From the NCBI GenBank assembly GCA_028824415.1, contig JAPPDX010000121.1, positions 3,327-67,326 of the forward strand: DNA of 64,000 nucleotides, given 5' to 3'. How positions within the stretch are numbered: the stretch's first letter is position 1; every line of letters begins with the position of its first letter. Both the position numbers and the translations under genes were made by a program. This document shows, one piece after another, positions 8,825 through 19,125 of the stretch. Origin of the DNA: a bacterium. GTDB taxonomy: Bacteria; Actinomycetota; Acidimicrobiia; Acidimicrobiales; CATQHL01. A model generated the notes under the pieces. That model saw only the letters and a program-made list of their open reading frames with translations, searched no databases and had not been told where the DNA came from.

Positions 8825-10110
8825 GGCGACGTCGGCTTCAGGCGGACGAGTTGCCGGCGGCGCGGGCCCACGCCCACGAGCGTGATCGGCACGCCTGCCT
8901 GCTCCTCGACGAAGCGAAGGTAACCAGAGGCCTCGGCGGGGAGGTCCTCGGTGGCGGTGACTTCGGCCAGCGGGGTGCGCCAGCCCGGGAATTCCTCGAG
9001 TATCGGAGAGGCCCGATGCACATCGGACTGGTGATACGGCATGTGCTCGCTGCGCCGACCGTCGATCTCGTAGCCCACGCACACCTTGACGACGTCCAGC
9101 GAGTCGAGGACGTCCAGCTTGGTGATCGCCAGTTCCGAGAGCGAGTTCAGACGGATCGCGTGGCGGACCATCACCAGGTCGAGCCAACCCACGCGGCGGC
9201 GCCGGCCGGTGTTGGTGCCGAACTCGGCGCCGTCGGTCACGAGCCGGTCCGCCACCTCGCCATGCACCTCCGCCGGGAACGGGCCCGACCCGACACGTGT
9301 CGTGTACGCCTTGGTGATCCCAATGACCCGGTCGATGTGCCGCGGACCCACGCCGGCGCCCACGCAGGCTCCCCCCGCGACCGGATTCGACGACGTCACG
9401 AACGGGTACGTCCCGTGGTCGAGGTCCAGGAACGTGGCCTGGGCCCCTTCGAAAAGCACCTCGCGGCCCGCCTCCAGCGCCTCGTGCACAGTCGCCACCG
9501 TGTCGGTGACGTACGGCTCCAGCGCGGGAGCGACCTCCTGCAGGTACTTGTCGGCGAGCACCTCGGCGTCGTATCCCAGCCGGTTGTAGACCTTGGCCAG
9601 CAGCGGGTTCTTCTCCCGCAGGGCAGCCTCCAACTTCTCCCGGAAGATGCCGGCGTCGAAGAGGTCCTGCACCCGCAGGCCGACGCGGGTCGCCTTGTCG
9701 GCGTAGGCCGGCCCTATCCCCCTCTTGGTCGTGCCCAGCTTGTTGGAACCCAGACGGCGCTCGCTCAGGACGTCGAGCTGTTGGTGATAGGGGAGGATGA
9801 GGTGAGCGTTGCCGGACAGCTGCAGCCTCCCGGTGCTGATCCCGCGCGCCTCGAGCATCGCCAACTCGTCGACCAGCACGAACGGATCGACGACGACCCC
9901 GTTCCCGATGACCGGCGTGATGTGCTCATAGAGCACCCCCGACGGGACCAGTTGCAGCGCGAAGGACTCCTCGCCGACGACGATCGTGTGGCCGGCGTTG
10001 TGCCCTCCCTGGTAGCGCACGACCATCTCCATCTCGGCCGCAAGCAGATCCGTGAGCTTGCCCTTGCCCTCGTCGCCCCACTGGGTGCCAACCACCACGG
10101 TTGCTCCCAC
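8821..10110 (-). CDS. purA: Adenylosuccinate synthetase
   Basis: ORF track, 429 aa. [20 protein letters not shown]-loop and [14 protein letters not shown]. Confidence 0.95.
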   Translation of the reverse strand: MGATVVVGTQWGDEGKGKLTDLLAAEMEMVVRYQGGHNAGHTIVVGEESFALQLVPSGVLYEHITPVIGNGVVVDPFVLVDELAMLEARGISTGRLQLSGNAHLILPYHQQLDVLSERRLGSNKLGTTKRGIGPAYADKATRVGLRVQDLFDAGIFREKLEAALREKNPLLAKVYNRLGYDAEVLADKYLQEVAPALEPYVTDTVATVHEALEAGREVLFEGAQATFLDLDHGTYPFVTSSNPVAGGACVGAGVGPRHIDRVIGITKAYTTRVGSGPFPAEVHGEVADRLVTDGAEFGTNTGRRRRVGWLDLVMVRHAIRLNSLSELAITKLDVLDSLDVVKVCVGYEIDGRRSEHMPYHQSDVHRASPILEEFPGWRTPLAEVTATEDLPAEASGYLRFVEEQAGVPITLVGVGPRRRQLVRLKPTSP

Positions 10111-10146
10111 AACACCCTCCCTCGTGAGCGGAAGACCGGAACCAGC

Positions 10147-11181
10147 CTACGGTGGTGGCCCGTCGCCGCGCCGTGCCAGCGTGAGCGAGAAGTCACCGGC
10201 GGCGTCCAGCCACTGTGCCAGGACCGAGAAGCCGGCCGCCTCCAACTCGTCGCCGATCTGGGTGGGCCGGAACTTGGCGGAGATCTCGGTGCGCATGGCC
10301 TCGCCGTCGTCGAAGGAGACGCGCAGGTCGAGGCGCCGCACATACACCTCCTGGGCACCGTCGGATCGGAGCCACATCTCGATCCGCTGCGTCTCTTCGT
10401 CATAGGTGACCACGTGCGTGAACCGCCGGGGCTCGAAGTCGGCGTCGAGGCGACGGTTGATGACGCCCAGCACATTGCGGTTGAATGCCGCGGTGACCCC
10501 GGCGTCGTCGTCGTAGGCGGCGAGGAGGCGGCTGCGGTCCTTCACGAGATCGGCGCCGAGCAGGAACGTCTCGCCCGCCGAGGACAGACTGGCGATCTCG
10601 GCGAGGAACTTCCGGCGCTCGGGACCCGGGAAGTTGCCAATGGTGCCCCCCAGCAGGGCCACCAGCCGTCGATCGCCCCCGGGGATCGACCGCAGGTCAG
10701 CACCGAAGTCCCCCACGACGCCGTGCACGGCCACGTCGGGGTAGGCCTCCACGGCCGCCGCGGCGGTCGCGCGCAGGGCGGTCTGATTCACGTCGAAGGG
10801 CACGAACCCCTCGAGCGTGCCGGCGGCGGCCATGGCATCGAGCAGCAGACGCGTCTTATGGGAGAAGCCCGAGCCGAGTTCCACGAGCGTCCCGGCCCCC
10901 GAGAGCGTCGCGATCTCCGGGGCGGCCCGTTGCAGGATCTCGTGTTCGCGCCGCGTCGGGTAGTACTCGGGGAGCCGGGTGATCGCCCCGAACAGCCGGC
11001 TGCCTTCGTCGTCGTAGAACCACTTCGGGGGAAGATCCTTCGGGATCGACCGGAGCCCGGCGGAGACGTCGGCCGCGAGCGCCCTGTCCTGAACAGCCTC
11101 GTCGGTACAGACGCTGATCGAGTAGCCGTCGGCCCGAACGCGGACCGCGACGGGCGCGTCGGAGCAGGATCCCGAAGCCAC
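10147..11181 (-). CDS. egtD: L-histidine N-alpha-methyltransferase (ergothioneine pathway)
   Basis: ORF track, 344 aa. LPPKWFYDDEGSRLFGAITRLPEYYPTRREHEIL and LVELGSGFSHKTRLLL are typical of EgtD. It starts 12 nt downstream of the egtB stop. Confidence 0.85.
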   Translation of the reverse strand: MASGSCSDAPVAVRVRADGYSISVCTDEAVQDRALAADVSAGLRSIPKDLPPKWFYDDEGSRLFGAITRLPEYYPTRREHEILQRAAPEIATLSGAGTLVELGSGFSHKTRLLLDAMAAAGTLEGFVPFDVNQTALRATAAAAVEAYPDVAVHGVVGDFGADLRSIPGGDRRLVALLGGTIGNFPGPERRKFLAEIASLSSAGETFLLGADLVKDRSRLLAAYDDDAGVTAAFNRNVLGVINRRLDADFEPRRFTHVVTYDEETQRIEMWLRSDGAQEVYVRRLDLRVSFDDGEAMRTEISAKFRPTQIGDELEAAGFSVLAQWLDAAGDFSLTLARRGDGPPP

Positions 11182-11193
11182 GGCGACGTTGGT

Positions 11194-12456
11194 TCAGCGA
11201 CTGTCGCGCGCCAGGCGCAGGCCCGAGAAGTGCCAGCGCGTGCCCGGGCCGAAGAAGTTGCGGTAGGTGGCGCGGACGTGGCCCGCGGGAGTAGCACAGC
11301 AGCCGCCCCGGAGCACCACCTGGTTGACCATGAACTTGCCGTTGTACTCGCCGACGGCGCCGGCGGCGGGGGTGAAACCGGGATAGGGGCTGTAGGCGCT
11401 GGATGTCCACTCCCAGACGTCGCCGAACATCTGCTCCAGGCCGTCTCCCTTGGCCGGGCGGGGGTGCAGCGCGCCCGCTGGCAGGAGGTTCGCATCGGCG
11501 GCGTCCGGCTGCGCGCCGACAGTGGTCGCGGCGGCCTCCCACTCGGCCTCGGTCGGCAGACGGGCCCCGGCCCAGCGGGCGAAGGCATCGGCCTCGTAGT
11601 AGGAGAGATGGCAGACAGGTTCGTCGCTTCGGATCTCCCGCGCGCCGGCCAGGGTGAACAACTCCCAGGAATCAGCGGTGCGGTTCCAGTACAGCGGTGC
11701 GGACCAGCCGGAGGACTCCACCGCCGCCCACCCGTCGGACAGCCAGAGAGTCGGTGTGGCGTAACCGCCGTCGGCCATGAACGCCAGCCAGTCGCCGCAG
11801 GTGACCAGGCGGTTGGACAACTCGTAGGGACCGAGCAACACCTCGTGGCGCGGCCCCTCGTTGTCGAAGGCGAAGGAATCGCCGCCGTACCCGATTGCCT
11901 GGCGGTCGCCATCGAAGCGGATCCAGACCGAGCCGGACTCCGAGACCTCCGAGGCCCGGCGGGAATCGGTGCGGTAGGCGGGCTTGGCGGGATTGCAACT
12001 CAACACGTGCTTGATGTCCATGAGCAGGAGTTCCTGGTGCTGCTGCTCATGGTTCAGGCCCAAGATCGCCAGGTCCTCCACAGCCCGGGGTACCTCTCCG
12101 CCCAGCAGGCGGACCATCGCCTCGTCGACCCATCTCCGGTAGTCCGCGACCTCGGCGGTCGAGGGCCGGGAGATGATCCCCCGCTGAGGCCGGGGGTGCC
12201 GGGGCCCCGCCGCCTCGTAGTAGGAGTTGAAGAGATAGTGGTAGAGGGGGTCCGCCTCGCTGTAGCCGTCCAGGTGGGGCTTCAGCAGGAACGTCTCGAA
12301 GAACCAGGTGGTGTGGGCGCGGTGCCACTTGGTGGGGCTCACGTCGTCCATCGTCTGAATGCACTGGTCCTCCGGGGACAGCGGCGCGGCCAACTGCTCT
12401 GTGAGGCTCCGCACGGCGAGGTAGCGCTCCGCCAGCGTGCCGGTGGCCACCGTCAA
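11194..12456 (-). CDS. egtB: Sulfoxide synthase EgtB (DinB-like N-domain plus FGE-sulfatase-like C-domain)
   Basis: ORF track, 420 aa. [33 protein letters not shown] and the C-terminal GNVWEW-like [10 protein letters not shown]...RGGCCAT. The start is TTG 12456 (overlapping the dnaJ TGA) or GTG 12450. Confidence 0.85.
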   Translation of the reverse strand: MTVATGTLAERYLAVRSLTEQLAAPLSPEDQCIQTMDDVSPTKWHRAHTTWFFETFLLKPHLDGYSEADPLYHYLFNSYYEAAGPRHPRPQRGIISRPSTAEVADYRRWVDEAMVRLLGGEVPRAVEDLAILGLNHEQQHQELLLMDIKHVLSCNPAKPAYRTDSRRASEVSESGSVWIRFDGDRQAIGYGGDSFAFDNEGPRHEVLLGPYELSNRLVTCGDWLAFMADGGYATPTLWLSDGWAAVESSGWSAPLYWNRTADSWELFTLAGAREIRSDEPVCHLSYYEADAFARWAGARLPTEAEWEAAATTVGAQPDAADANLLPAGALHPRPAKGDGLEQMFGDVWEWTSSAYSPYPGFTPAAGAVGEYNGKFMVNQVVLRGGCCATPAGHVRATYRNFFGPGTRWHFSGLRLARDSR

Positions 12457-13394
12457 GAGGGAACTCCCAGGTGTTCGCGCAGCGCTGGACCCTTCGTGGC
12501 CTCGTCGAAGGACTCGAGGGCGCGCCGCTGCGCGGCGTTGAGCTTCTTCGGCACCACGACCTCAACGGTAACCAGCAGGTCACCAGTCCCGCGGTCGGTC
12601 TTCACGCCCCGGCCGCGCACGCGCAGGGTCCGCCCCGACCGGGTGCCCGCCGGCAGGCGCAGCGTCACGGCCTCACCCTCGAAGGTCGGGACGGCAATGC
12701 GCGCCCCCAGGGCGGCCTCGCTGAAGCTGACCGGCACGGTGAGGGTGAGATGGTCGCCGTCGCGCCCGAACAGCGGGTCGTCACCGACACGGACGATCAC
12801 ATACAGGTCTCCTGGCGGCCCGCCGTTGGCTCCCGAGCCACCCTTGCCGCGCAGCCGGATCCGCTGGCCGTCGGCGACGCCCGCAGGGATCCGGACCTTC
12901 GTGTTCCGGCGTTCGGACCGCTCGCCCAGGGCCACCTCGGAGGTCACGCCGTTCACGGCTTCGGAGAAGGAGAGCGAGATCTGCGCCTGGTGGTCCGCGC
13001 CGCGCTGGGGCCGGTGTGCGCCCGGCGCGCCGCCGAACGGACCGGCGCCGCTGCCGAAGAGGTTTGCCAGCAGATCCCCGATCCCGTCGGCCCCCGAGAA
13101 TTGGAACGAGTGCGATCCGCCCGGACCCGGGGCGACGAACGGGTTGCCGCTTCCCGCCAGGCGGCGAATCTCGTCGTACTGGGCGCGCTTGTCGGTGTCA
13201 CCGATCACGTCGTAGGCGGCCGACACTTCCTTGAACCGCTCCTCGGCGCGGGCATCGTCGGGGTTCCGGTCGGGGTGAAGGTGGCGGGCGAGCGACCGGT
13301 AGGCCTTGGTGATCTCGTCCTGGGGAGCCTCCGGCGACACTCCCAGGACGCGGTAGTAGTCCTTCTGCAGCCACTCCTGGCGTATGTCGTTCAC
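12453..13394 (-). CDS. dnaJ: J-domain co-chaperone, CbpA-like (no Cys-rich zinc finger)
   Basis: ORF track, 313 aa, GTG start. [35 protein letters not shown] followed by a G/F-rich linker. The protein contains no cysteine at all, so it is a class II DnaJ/CbpA type. Confidence 0.85.
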   Translation of the reverse strand: MNDIRQEWLQKDYYRVLGVSPEAPQDEITKAYRSLARHLHPDRNPDDARAEERFKEVSAAYDVIGDTDKRAQYDEIRRLAGSGNPFVAPGPGGSHSFQFSGADGIGDLLANLFGSGAGPFGGAPGAHRPQRGADHQAQISLSFSEAVNGVTSEVALGERSERRNTKVRIPAGVADGQRIRLRGKGGSGANGGPPGDLYVIVRVGDDPLFGRDGDHLTLTVPVSFSEAALGARIAVPTFEGEAVTLRLPAGTRSGRTLRVRGRGVKTDRGTGDLLVTVEVVVPKKLNAAQRRALESFDEATKGPALREHLGVPS

Positions 13395-13430
13395 CGGTGC
13401 AGCGGCTTCAGCGTTCGAGCGGGCGGGCGG

Positions 13431-13994
13431 TCATCCCCGGACGCCGACCACCGCGGGGCGCAGCACCCGCCCGCCCCACGCATAGCCGGTGCGCAGCACG
13501 TCGGTCACCATGGGCTCCGCCGGTGTCTCACCGTCGATCTCGTCAGTGGTGTGCAGCACGGCTTCGTGATAGTTCGGGTCGAAGCGCTGTCCGGCCGGCG
13601 AGATCACTTCCAAGCCGCCCTCGGTCAGCGCGTCGAGGAGGGCGCTGTGCAGCGGCCCGACCAACTCGCTGTCGTGGACGGCACCGGCTTCGGAGGCATC
13701 GAGAACAGCCAGGAGCCGGGACGCCAGGTCGGCCGCCCCGCGTTCGGAGGCCTGGGCCTGCTGCTCGGCGGCCCGGCGGCGGAAGTTGACGAAATCAGCC
13801 TTGAGGCGGGTGACGGCGTCGAGATACTCGACACACTGCTCACAGGTCGTCCCCTCCGTCGGCACCGGAGCGCCGGCGTCGGGCTCGATCGTCTCGCCCT
13901 GCGCCGGCGCGCCGTCGGATCCGACCTCCTCGGACCTCGGATCGAGTCGATCCTCGGCAGCCTCGTCCGCGCAGTGCTCGCCGGCAGCGGTCAC
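13431..13994 (-). CDS. grpE: Nucleotide exchange factor GrpE
   Basis: ORF track, 187 aa. [14 protein letters not shown] and [12 protein letters not shown] motifs. The start overlaps the dnaK stop by 4 nt. Confidence 0.9.
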   Translation of the reverse strand: MTAAGEHCADEAAEDRLDPRSEEVGSDGAPAQGETIEPDAGAPVPTEGTTCEQCVEYLDAVTRLKADFVNFRRRAAEQQAQASERGAADLASRLLAVLDASEAGAVHDSELVGPLHSALLDALTEGGLEVISPAGQRFDPNYHEAVLHTTDEIDGETPAEPMVTDVLRTGYAWGGRVLRPAVVGVRG

Positions 13995-15823
13995 GAGTCC
14001 TCTTCGTCCACGATCTCGGCGTCGATCACGTCTTCGCCGTCGCCCGCGCCATCGGCGGCGCCGGCAGTGGGTTCGGTGGTCTGCGTCGCCCGGGCGTACA
14101 TGGCCGACACGAAGGTCTCGACGGCCTGCTGCAGATCATTGGCGGCGGCCTCGACGGCGGCCACGTCATCGCCCTCGAGGGCGCTGCGCGTCGCCTCCAT
14201 CTTGGTGCGCAGGTCGGCCGAGCCTTCGGCATCAGCCTTGGCCGCCTCCTCTTCGAGCAGCTTCTCGGCGCGATACACCAGCGAGTCCGCCAGGTTGCGG
14301 GTCTCGGCGGCCTCGCGGCGGCGCCGATCCTCCTCGGCGTGCGCCTCTGCGTCGCGCACCATCTTGTCGATCTCGTCGTCCTCCAGGGACGACTGGCCGG
14401 TGATGGTTATGGACTGCTCGTTGCCGGTGGCCTTGTCGCGGGCCGACACGTGCACGATGCCGTTGGCGTCGATGTCGAAAGTGACCTCGATCTGCGGAAT
14501 CCCCTGAGGCGCTGGCGGGATGTCCACCAGCTGGAACTTGCCGAGGGTCTTGTTGAACTCGGCCATCTCCCGCTCGCCCTGCAGGACGTGGATCTCCACC
14601 GACGGCTGGTTGTGGGCAGCGGTCGTGAAGACCTCCGAGCGCTTCGTGGGGATGGTGGTGTTGCGATCGATGAGGCGGGTCATGATCCCGCCCTTGGTCT
14701 CGATCCCCAGCGAGAGGGGCGTGACGTCGAGCAGCAGCACGTCGGTGACGTCGCCCTTCAGAACGCCCGCCTGGATGGTGGCCCCGACGGCCACGACCTC
14801 GTCGGGGTTCACCCCCTTGTGCGGATCCTTGCCGGTCATCTGGCTGACGAGCGCCGAGACCGCAGGCATGCGCGTCGAGCCGCCCACCAGGATGATGTGG
14901 TCGATCTCGTCGGCGGACAGGCCGGCATCGGCGACGGCGCGCTCGAAGGGTCGCCGGCAGCGGTCCAGCAGGTGGGACGTCATTGACTCGAACGCGGCCC
15001 TCGTGAGGGTGTAGTCGAGGTGCAGCGGGCCGGCGGACGTGGCTGTGATGAACGGGAGGTTGATCTGCGCCTCCTGCTTCTGCGAGAGCTCGATCTTGGC
15101 CTTCTCGGCGGCTTCCTTCAGTCGCTGCAGGGCCATCGGATCGCCGCTCAGGTCCACGCCGTGGTCACCCTTGAATCGGTCGGCGATCCACTCGATGACC
15201 GCCTCGTCCCAGTCGTCGCCGCCCAGCTTCGTGTCGCCACTGGTGGACTTCACCTCGAAGACGCCGTCACCGATCTCCAGAACCGACACGTCGAAGGTTC
15301 CGCCACCGAGGTCGAAGACCAGCACCGTCTCGTCGGTGTGTTTCTTCTCGAGGCCGTAGGCCAGCGCCGCCGCGGTCGGCTCGTTGATGATGCGAAGCAC
15401 CTCCAGACCGGCGATCTGCCCCGCCTCCTTGGTGGCGGTGCGCTGGGCGTCGTCGAAGTAGGCAGGCACCGTGACGACCGCCTGGGTCACCTCCTCGCCG
15501 AGGTACGACTCGGCGTCGCGCTTGAGCTTCATCAGGATGCGCGCCGAGATCTCCTGCGGCATGTACTTCTTCCCGTCGACCTCGGTCACGGGGACGGTCT
15601 CACCCATGTGGCGTTTGACCGAGCGAATCGTCCTGCCGGCGTTGGTGATGGCCTGGCGCTTGGCGACCTCGCCGCTCAGCACTTCGCCACCGGCGGCGAA
15701 GGCCACGATCGAGGGCGTGGTGCGGGCTCCCTCGGCGTTGGCGATCACCGTGGGATCACCGCCCTCCATGACGCTCACAACCGAGTTGGTCGTGCCCAGG
15801 TCGATACCGACTGCCTTGCCCAT
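13991..15823 (-). CDS. dnaK: Chaperone DnaK (Hsp70)
   Basis: ORF track, 610 aa. [23 protein letters not shown] and [13 protein letters not shown] are Hsp70 signatures. Confidence 0.97.
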   Translation of the reverse strand: MGKAVGIDLGTTNSVVSVMEGGDPTVIANAEGARTTPSIVAFAAGGEVLSGEVAKRQAITNAGRTIRSVKRHMGETVPVTEVDGKKYMPQEISARILMKLKRDAESYLGEEVTQAVVTVPAYFDDAQRTATKEAGQIAGLEVLRIINEPTAAALAYGLEKKHTDETVLVFDLGGGTFDVSVLEIGDGVFEVKSTSGDTKLGGDDWDEAVIEWIADRFKGDHGVDLSGDPMALQRLKEAAEKAKIELSQKQEAQINLPFITATSAGPLHLDYTLTRAAFESMTSHLLDRCRRPFERAVADAGLSADEIDHIILVGGSTRMPAVSALVSQMTGKDPHKGVNPDEVVAVGATIQAGVLKGDVTDVLLLDVTPLSLGIETKGGIMTRLIDRNTTIPTKRSEVFTTAAHNQPSVEIHVLQGEREMAEFNKTLGKFQLVDIPPAPQGIPQIEVTFDIDANGIVHVSARDKATGNEQSITITGQSSLEDDEIDKMVRDAEAHAEEDRRRREAAETRNLADSLVYRAEKLLEEEAAKADAEGSADLRTKMEATRSALEGDDVAAVEAAANDLQQAVETFVSAMYARATQTTEPTAGAADGAGDGEDVIDAEIVDEEDS

Positions 15824-16134
15824 GTCGTGCTACCTCTTCGAATTCCTCTCGACGGCCCCAACGTGGAACCGGCGACATGTCCCTGTTCTGATGCGTCTCG
15901 GCGCGTTCTGCCTCGTGCCGAAGCAGGCTACCGAGGCCCGGTTCGCCTGGCGTTCGCCTCTGCAGCGCACCGGACAAACCGTTCAACACCGGAGGCGACC
16001 GAAATCTTCCCGCCGCGCCCGGTCCCGGCAGGCTCGCTGTGGTGGGTTGGCCGCGGTCCGGGCGGCTGCGGTGGGTATGTTCATCGACGACACCCGGCGG
16101 GCCGCGCCCCAAGATTTGCTCCCGGACGGTTCCC

Positions 16135-16848
16135 ATGACCGCGAACCTGATCCTGCTCCGCCACGGGCAGAGCACCTGGAACCTGCAGAACCGCTTCACC
16201 GGCTGGTACGACAGCCCACTGTCGCCGCGGGGCCACGATGAGGCCGTCGCCGCTGGCCGGGCATTGGCCACCGCAGGGATTCAACCCGACGTGGCCCACA
16301 CCTCACTGCAGACCCGCGCCATCGACACGTGCACGCTGGCCCTGGCCGAGGTGGGCTGTGGGGACATCCCCGTCCGGCGCCACTGGCGCCTCAACGAACG
16401 GCACTACGGCGACCTGACCGGTCTGGACAAGGCGGAGACGGCGGCCCGTCACGGCGCCGAGCAGGTCAGGCTGTGGCGGCGCAGCTACGCCACCGCTCCG
16501 CCGCCGATCCGCCCCGACAACCCCTGGAACCCCGTCGCGGACCCCCGCTATGCCGCCCTGGCACCCGGCGAGATGCCCCGGGGCGAGTCCCTGGCGGACG
16601 TGCTCGTTCGCCTGCTCCCCTACTGGGAGGGTCCGCTGAGCGCCGACCTGCGGGCCTACCGGTGCGTGCTGGTGGCGGCCCACGGCAACAGCCTTCGCGC
16701 CCTCGTCAAGCACCTCGACGGCATCACTGAGAGCGAGATCGTCACCCTGGAGATCCCCACCGGGGTGCCCATCGCCTACGAGATCGATTCCGACCTGCGG
16801 CCCAGCCGGCGGATGCCTTTGACCGAGCGTTTTGTGCCAGGCCGCTGA
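16135..16848 (+). CDS. gpmA: 2,3-bisphosphoglycerate-dependent phosphoglycerate mutase
   Basis: Within ORF 16039..16848, the in-frame ATG 16135 gives MTANLILLRHGQSTWNLQNRFTGWYD (RHG catalytic motif). Confidence 0.9.
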   Translation: MTANLILLRHGQSTWNLQNRFTGWYDSPLSPRGHDEAVAAGRALATAGIQPDVAHTSLQTRAIDTCTLALAEVGCGDIPVRRHWRLNERHYGDLTGLDKAETAARHGAEQVRLWRRSYATAPPPIRPDNPWNPVADPRYAALAPGEMPRGESLADVLVRLLPYWEGPLSADLRAYRCVLVAAHGNSLRALVKHLDGITESEIVTLEIPTGVPIAYEIDSDLRPSRRMPLTERFVPGR

Positions 16849-16956
16849 CCTGCGGCTACCATGCACTGGTCGTTTTCGCCGGGTGGGCGGAAGCGGCAGG
16901 GAATTTCGAGCAGAGCGCCCGCACCGGGGCTCGAGAATCAGACTGGAGAAAACATC

Positions 16957-18903
16957 ATGCGTAGGATCCTTGGAGTCCGAACGCGCTGGACAGTGGCGCT
17001 GCTGGGAGTGATGCTGATTGCAGCTTCCTGCGCCGCCGATGACGGTGCGTCCGACACCGCTGCAGCGGCGATGGGTGAGGCCCAGACCGCGCAGTCCAAC
17101 GCCGAGGTGGCACTGGCGGACGCGCAGGCCGCAGCCGCCAAGGCACGGGAGGCGCAGGCCGCAGCCGACACTGCGGCCGCGGCCGCGGCGCTGGCGCAGG
17201 CCACCGCCGAGGGCAACCAGGAGGCCGTGGCACAGGCCGAGGCCGACTTGGCCGCCGCGCAGGCCGCCGCCGAGGACGCCCGAGCCGACGCCGCCGCGGC
17301 ACAGGCCGAGGCCGACGATGCAGCCGCAGCCGCAGCCGCCGCTGTCGAGGCAGCCGAGGCGCAGGTCGCGGCACCGCCACCGGAGCCGATGGACGACGAC
17401 GAGGAATTGATCCTCACCGTCGGCGTGCCCGGCGACATCCAGACGCTGGACCCGTGCTGCACCAACTTCATCCGCGGCCACGAGGCCCAGTTGATCGTGT
17501 CCGACACGCCGGTCATCCATCCCATCGTGGAGCAGAACGGCTCCCTGGTGGCGGTGGCCGACCAGCTGGAGTCGGTCTACTTCGAGTCCTGGGAGGAGAG
17601 CGCCGACGGGCTCACCTACACCGTCAAGATCCGCGAGGGCGTCACCTTCGACGACGGCACGGAGGTCAACGCCGAGATCGTGCGCTTCTGGGTCGACCGG
17701 AACCTCAACACGCCCGGCGGCGGCGCCTGGCTGCTGAACAACATCGCCTTCATCACCGAGCCACCCGAGGTGATCGACGAGTACACCGTGCAGTTCACGA
17801 CCAACGCGCCGAGCCCGATGGTGATGCAGCAGTTCTACATGACCTCGTCGGTGCCCGTTGATCCGAAGGTCGTCGAGAAGTACGCCACCGAGGACGACCC
17901 GTGGGCGATCGAGCACTTCCAGTCCAACGTCGAGAACCCCAGCGGTCCCTACCGGATCGCCAGCTGGCTGCCCGACCAGGAGGTCGTGTTCGAGAAGCGC
18001 GAGAACTACTGGGGCACCGAGCGGGCCTACGACAAGATCATCTGGAAGATCATCCCGTCCAACGCCGAGCGCGTGCAGCTGCTGAGCGCCGGCGTCATCG
18101 ACGTGGCGATCGGCCTGGGCACCGAGGACTTCGCCGCCCTGCAGGGCGTGGACGGCGTGGTCGTGCAGCGCTTCCCGTCGAAGAACCAGGCGTACCTGGG
18201 TATGGGCAACTCCATCGCCCCGTTCGACAATGTGCTGGTGCGCCAGGCGGTGTCCTACGGCGTCGACTACGACGACATCATCACCAACGTCTACAAGAAC
18301 GAGGCCCAGCGCCTCCGGGGCGCCATCCCCAACGGCTCCACTTTCTCGATCGGCGACCAGATCGGCTACGACCGTGACGTGGACCGTGCCAAGGAGCTGC
18401 TGGCCGAGTCCGGCTACGACGGCACCCCGGTGACCCTGTCGATCGACGCAGGCAAGGGCGAGCACGAGCTGATCGCCGTGCGCGTTCAGTCGCACCTGGC
18501 CGAGATCGGCATGGAAGTGGAGATCGAGGTGCTGACCGCAGCCGTGTTCGCCGAGCGCAAGGCCGGCAAGCAGCTGCAGTTCTTCGTGGACGAGGCCCTG
18601 GCCTGGATCGACGATCCCAACTACCTGCTGTCGCTGCTCCTGCAGTCGGGCGTCTTCGGCAACTACACCGACTTCAACAACGCGCGGGTCGATGAGATCA
18701 TCCGCGACGGTTGGGCCGAGAAGGACCCGGCCGCCCGCCGTGCGATGTTCGAGGAGGCGCAGCGCATCATCTCCGAGGAGGCCCCGTGGGCATTCCTGGC
18801 GCAGCCCGACTACAAGATCGCCTTGCGCGACAACATCGGGGGCTACGCCCTCTACCCGAACGAGATCCCGAGGCTGGCGGACCTGTACCCGCTCGACCAG
18901 TAA
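16957..18903 (+). CDS. ABC transporter substrate-binding lipoprotein, family 5 (peptide/nickel/opine type), with a long Ala-rich stalk
   Basis: In-frame ATG 16957 gives MRRILGVRTRWTVALLGVMLIAASC (lipobox). About 115 residues of Ala/Gln/Glu/Asp-rich sequence follow. The family-5 SBP body then starts at LILTVGVPGDIQTLDP. Confidence 0.85.
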   Translation: MRRILGVRTRWTVALLGVMLIAASCAADDGASDTAAAAMGEAQTAQSNAEVALADAQAAAAKAREAQAAADTAAAAAALAQATAEGNQEAVAQAEADLAAAQAAAEDARADAAAAQAEADDAAAAAAAAVEAAEAQVAAPPPEPMDDDEELILTVGVPGDIQTLDPCCTNFIRGHEAQLIVSDTPVIHPIVEQNGSLVAVADQLESVYFESWEESADGLTYTVKIREGVTFDDGTEVNAEIVRFWVDRNLNTPGGGAWLLNNIAFITEPPEVIDEYTVQFTTNAPSPMVMQQFYMTSSVPVDPKVVEKYATEDDPWAIEHFQSNVENPSGPYRIASWLPDQEVVFEKRENYWGTERAYDKIIWKIIPSNAERVQLLSAGVIDVAIGLGTEDFAALQGVDGVVVQRFPSKNQAYLGMGNSIAPFDNVLVRQAVSYGVDYDDIITNVYKNEAQRLRGAIPNGSTFSIGDQIGYDRDVDRAKELLAESGYDGTPVTLSIDAGKGEHELIAVRVQSHLAEIGMEVEIEVLTAAVFAERKAGKQLQFFVDEALAWIDDPNYLLSLLLQSGVFGNYTDFNNARVDEIIRDGWAEKDPAARRAMFEEAQRIISEEAPWAFLAQPDYKIALRDNIGGYALYPNEIPRLADLYPLDQ

Positions 18904-18948
18904 CCGGGCGGCGCGGGCGTGAGTCCGCGCTGAACTGACGAACCGAGT

Positions 18949-18992
18949 GGCGCCCCGCCGGCAACCACCGCCGGCGGGGCGCCACCCTTTTT
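18949..18992 (+). terminator. Rho-independent terminator
   Basis: GGCGCCCCGCCGGC-AACCACC-GCCGGCGGGGCGCC followed by ACCCTTTTT, 46 nt after the stop of the first SBP gene. Confidence 0.65.
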
Positions 18993-19125
18993 CGGTCCCA
19001 ACCGTCGTGACCAACGCGACCGGTGATCGGAACAGCGCCCGGCGCTAACATCTCCCCGCCGGCTCGACCGGCGATCTTTCAATCACCGGGCGCCTCCGGC
19101 GCCTCCCACACGAGGGGGAGAACCT

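Noticed and set aside
7412-9187. N-terminal extensions of track ORFs (purB 591 aa, katG 857 aa, amidohydrolase 513 aa, amt 656 aa, L,D-transpeptidase 592 aa, SDR inside 24469..26652)
   Set aside because: The extensions are Arg/Pro-rich and overlap the upstream gene. Internal starts have SD sequences or stop-start overlaps and give proteins of the normal family length. I trimmed each accordingly.
8770-13215. 1481-aa ORF on the plus strand, the longest in the window
   Set aside because: It runs antisense to purA, egtD, egtB and dnaJ, all of which have clear family motifs. Its composition is dominated by R, G, P and A with no recognisable domain. This is the typical stop-poor shadow frame of a very GC-rich genome.
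15824-16134. Search for HspR (HAIR, CTTGAGT-N7-ACTCAAG) or HrcA (CIRCE) operators upstream of dnaK
   Set aside because: I found no convincing match, only a trivial 6-bp inverted repeat (GCCTCG..CGAGGC). It is recorded as a negative observation only. A by-eye search can miss degenerate sites.
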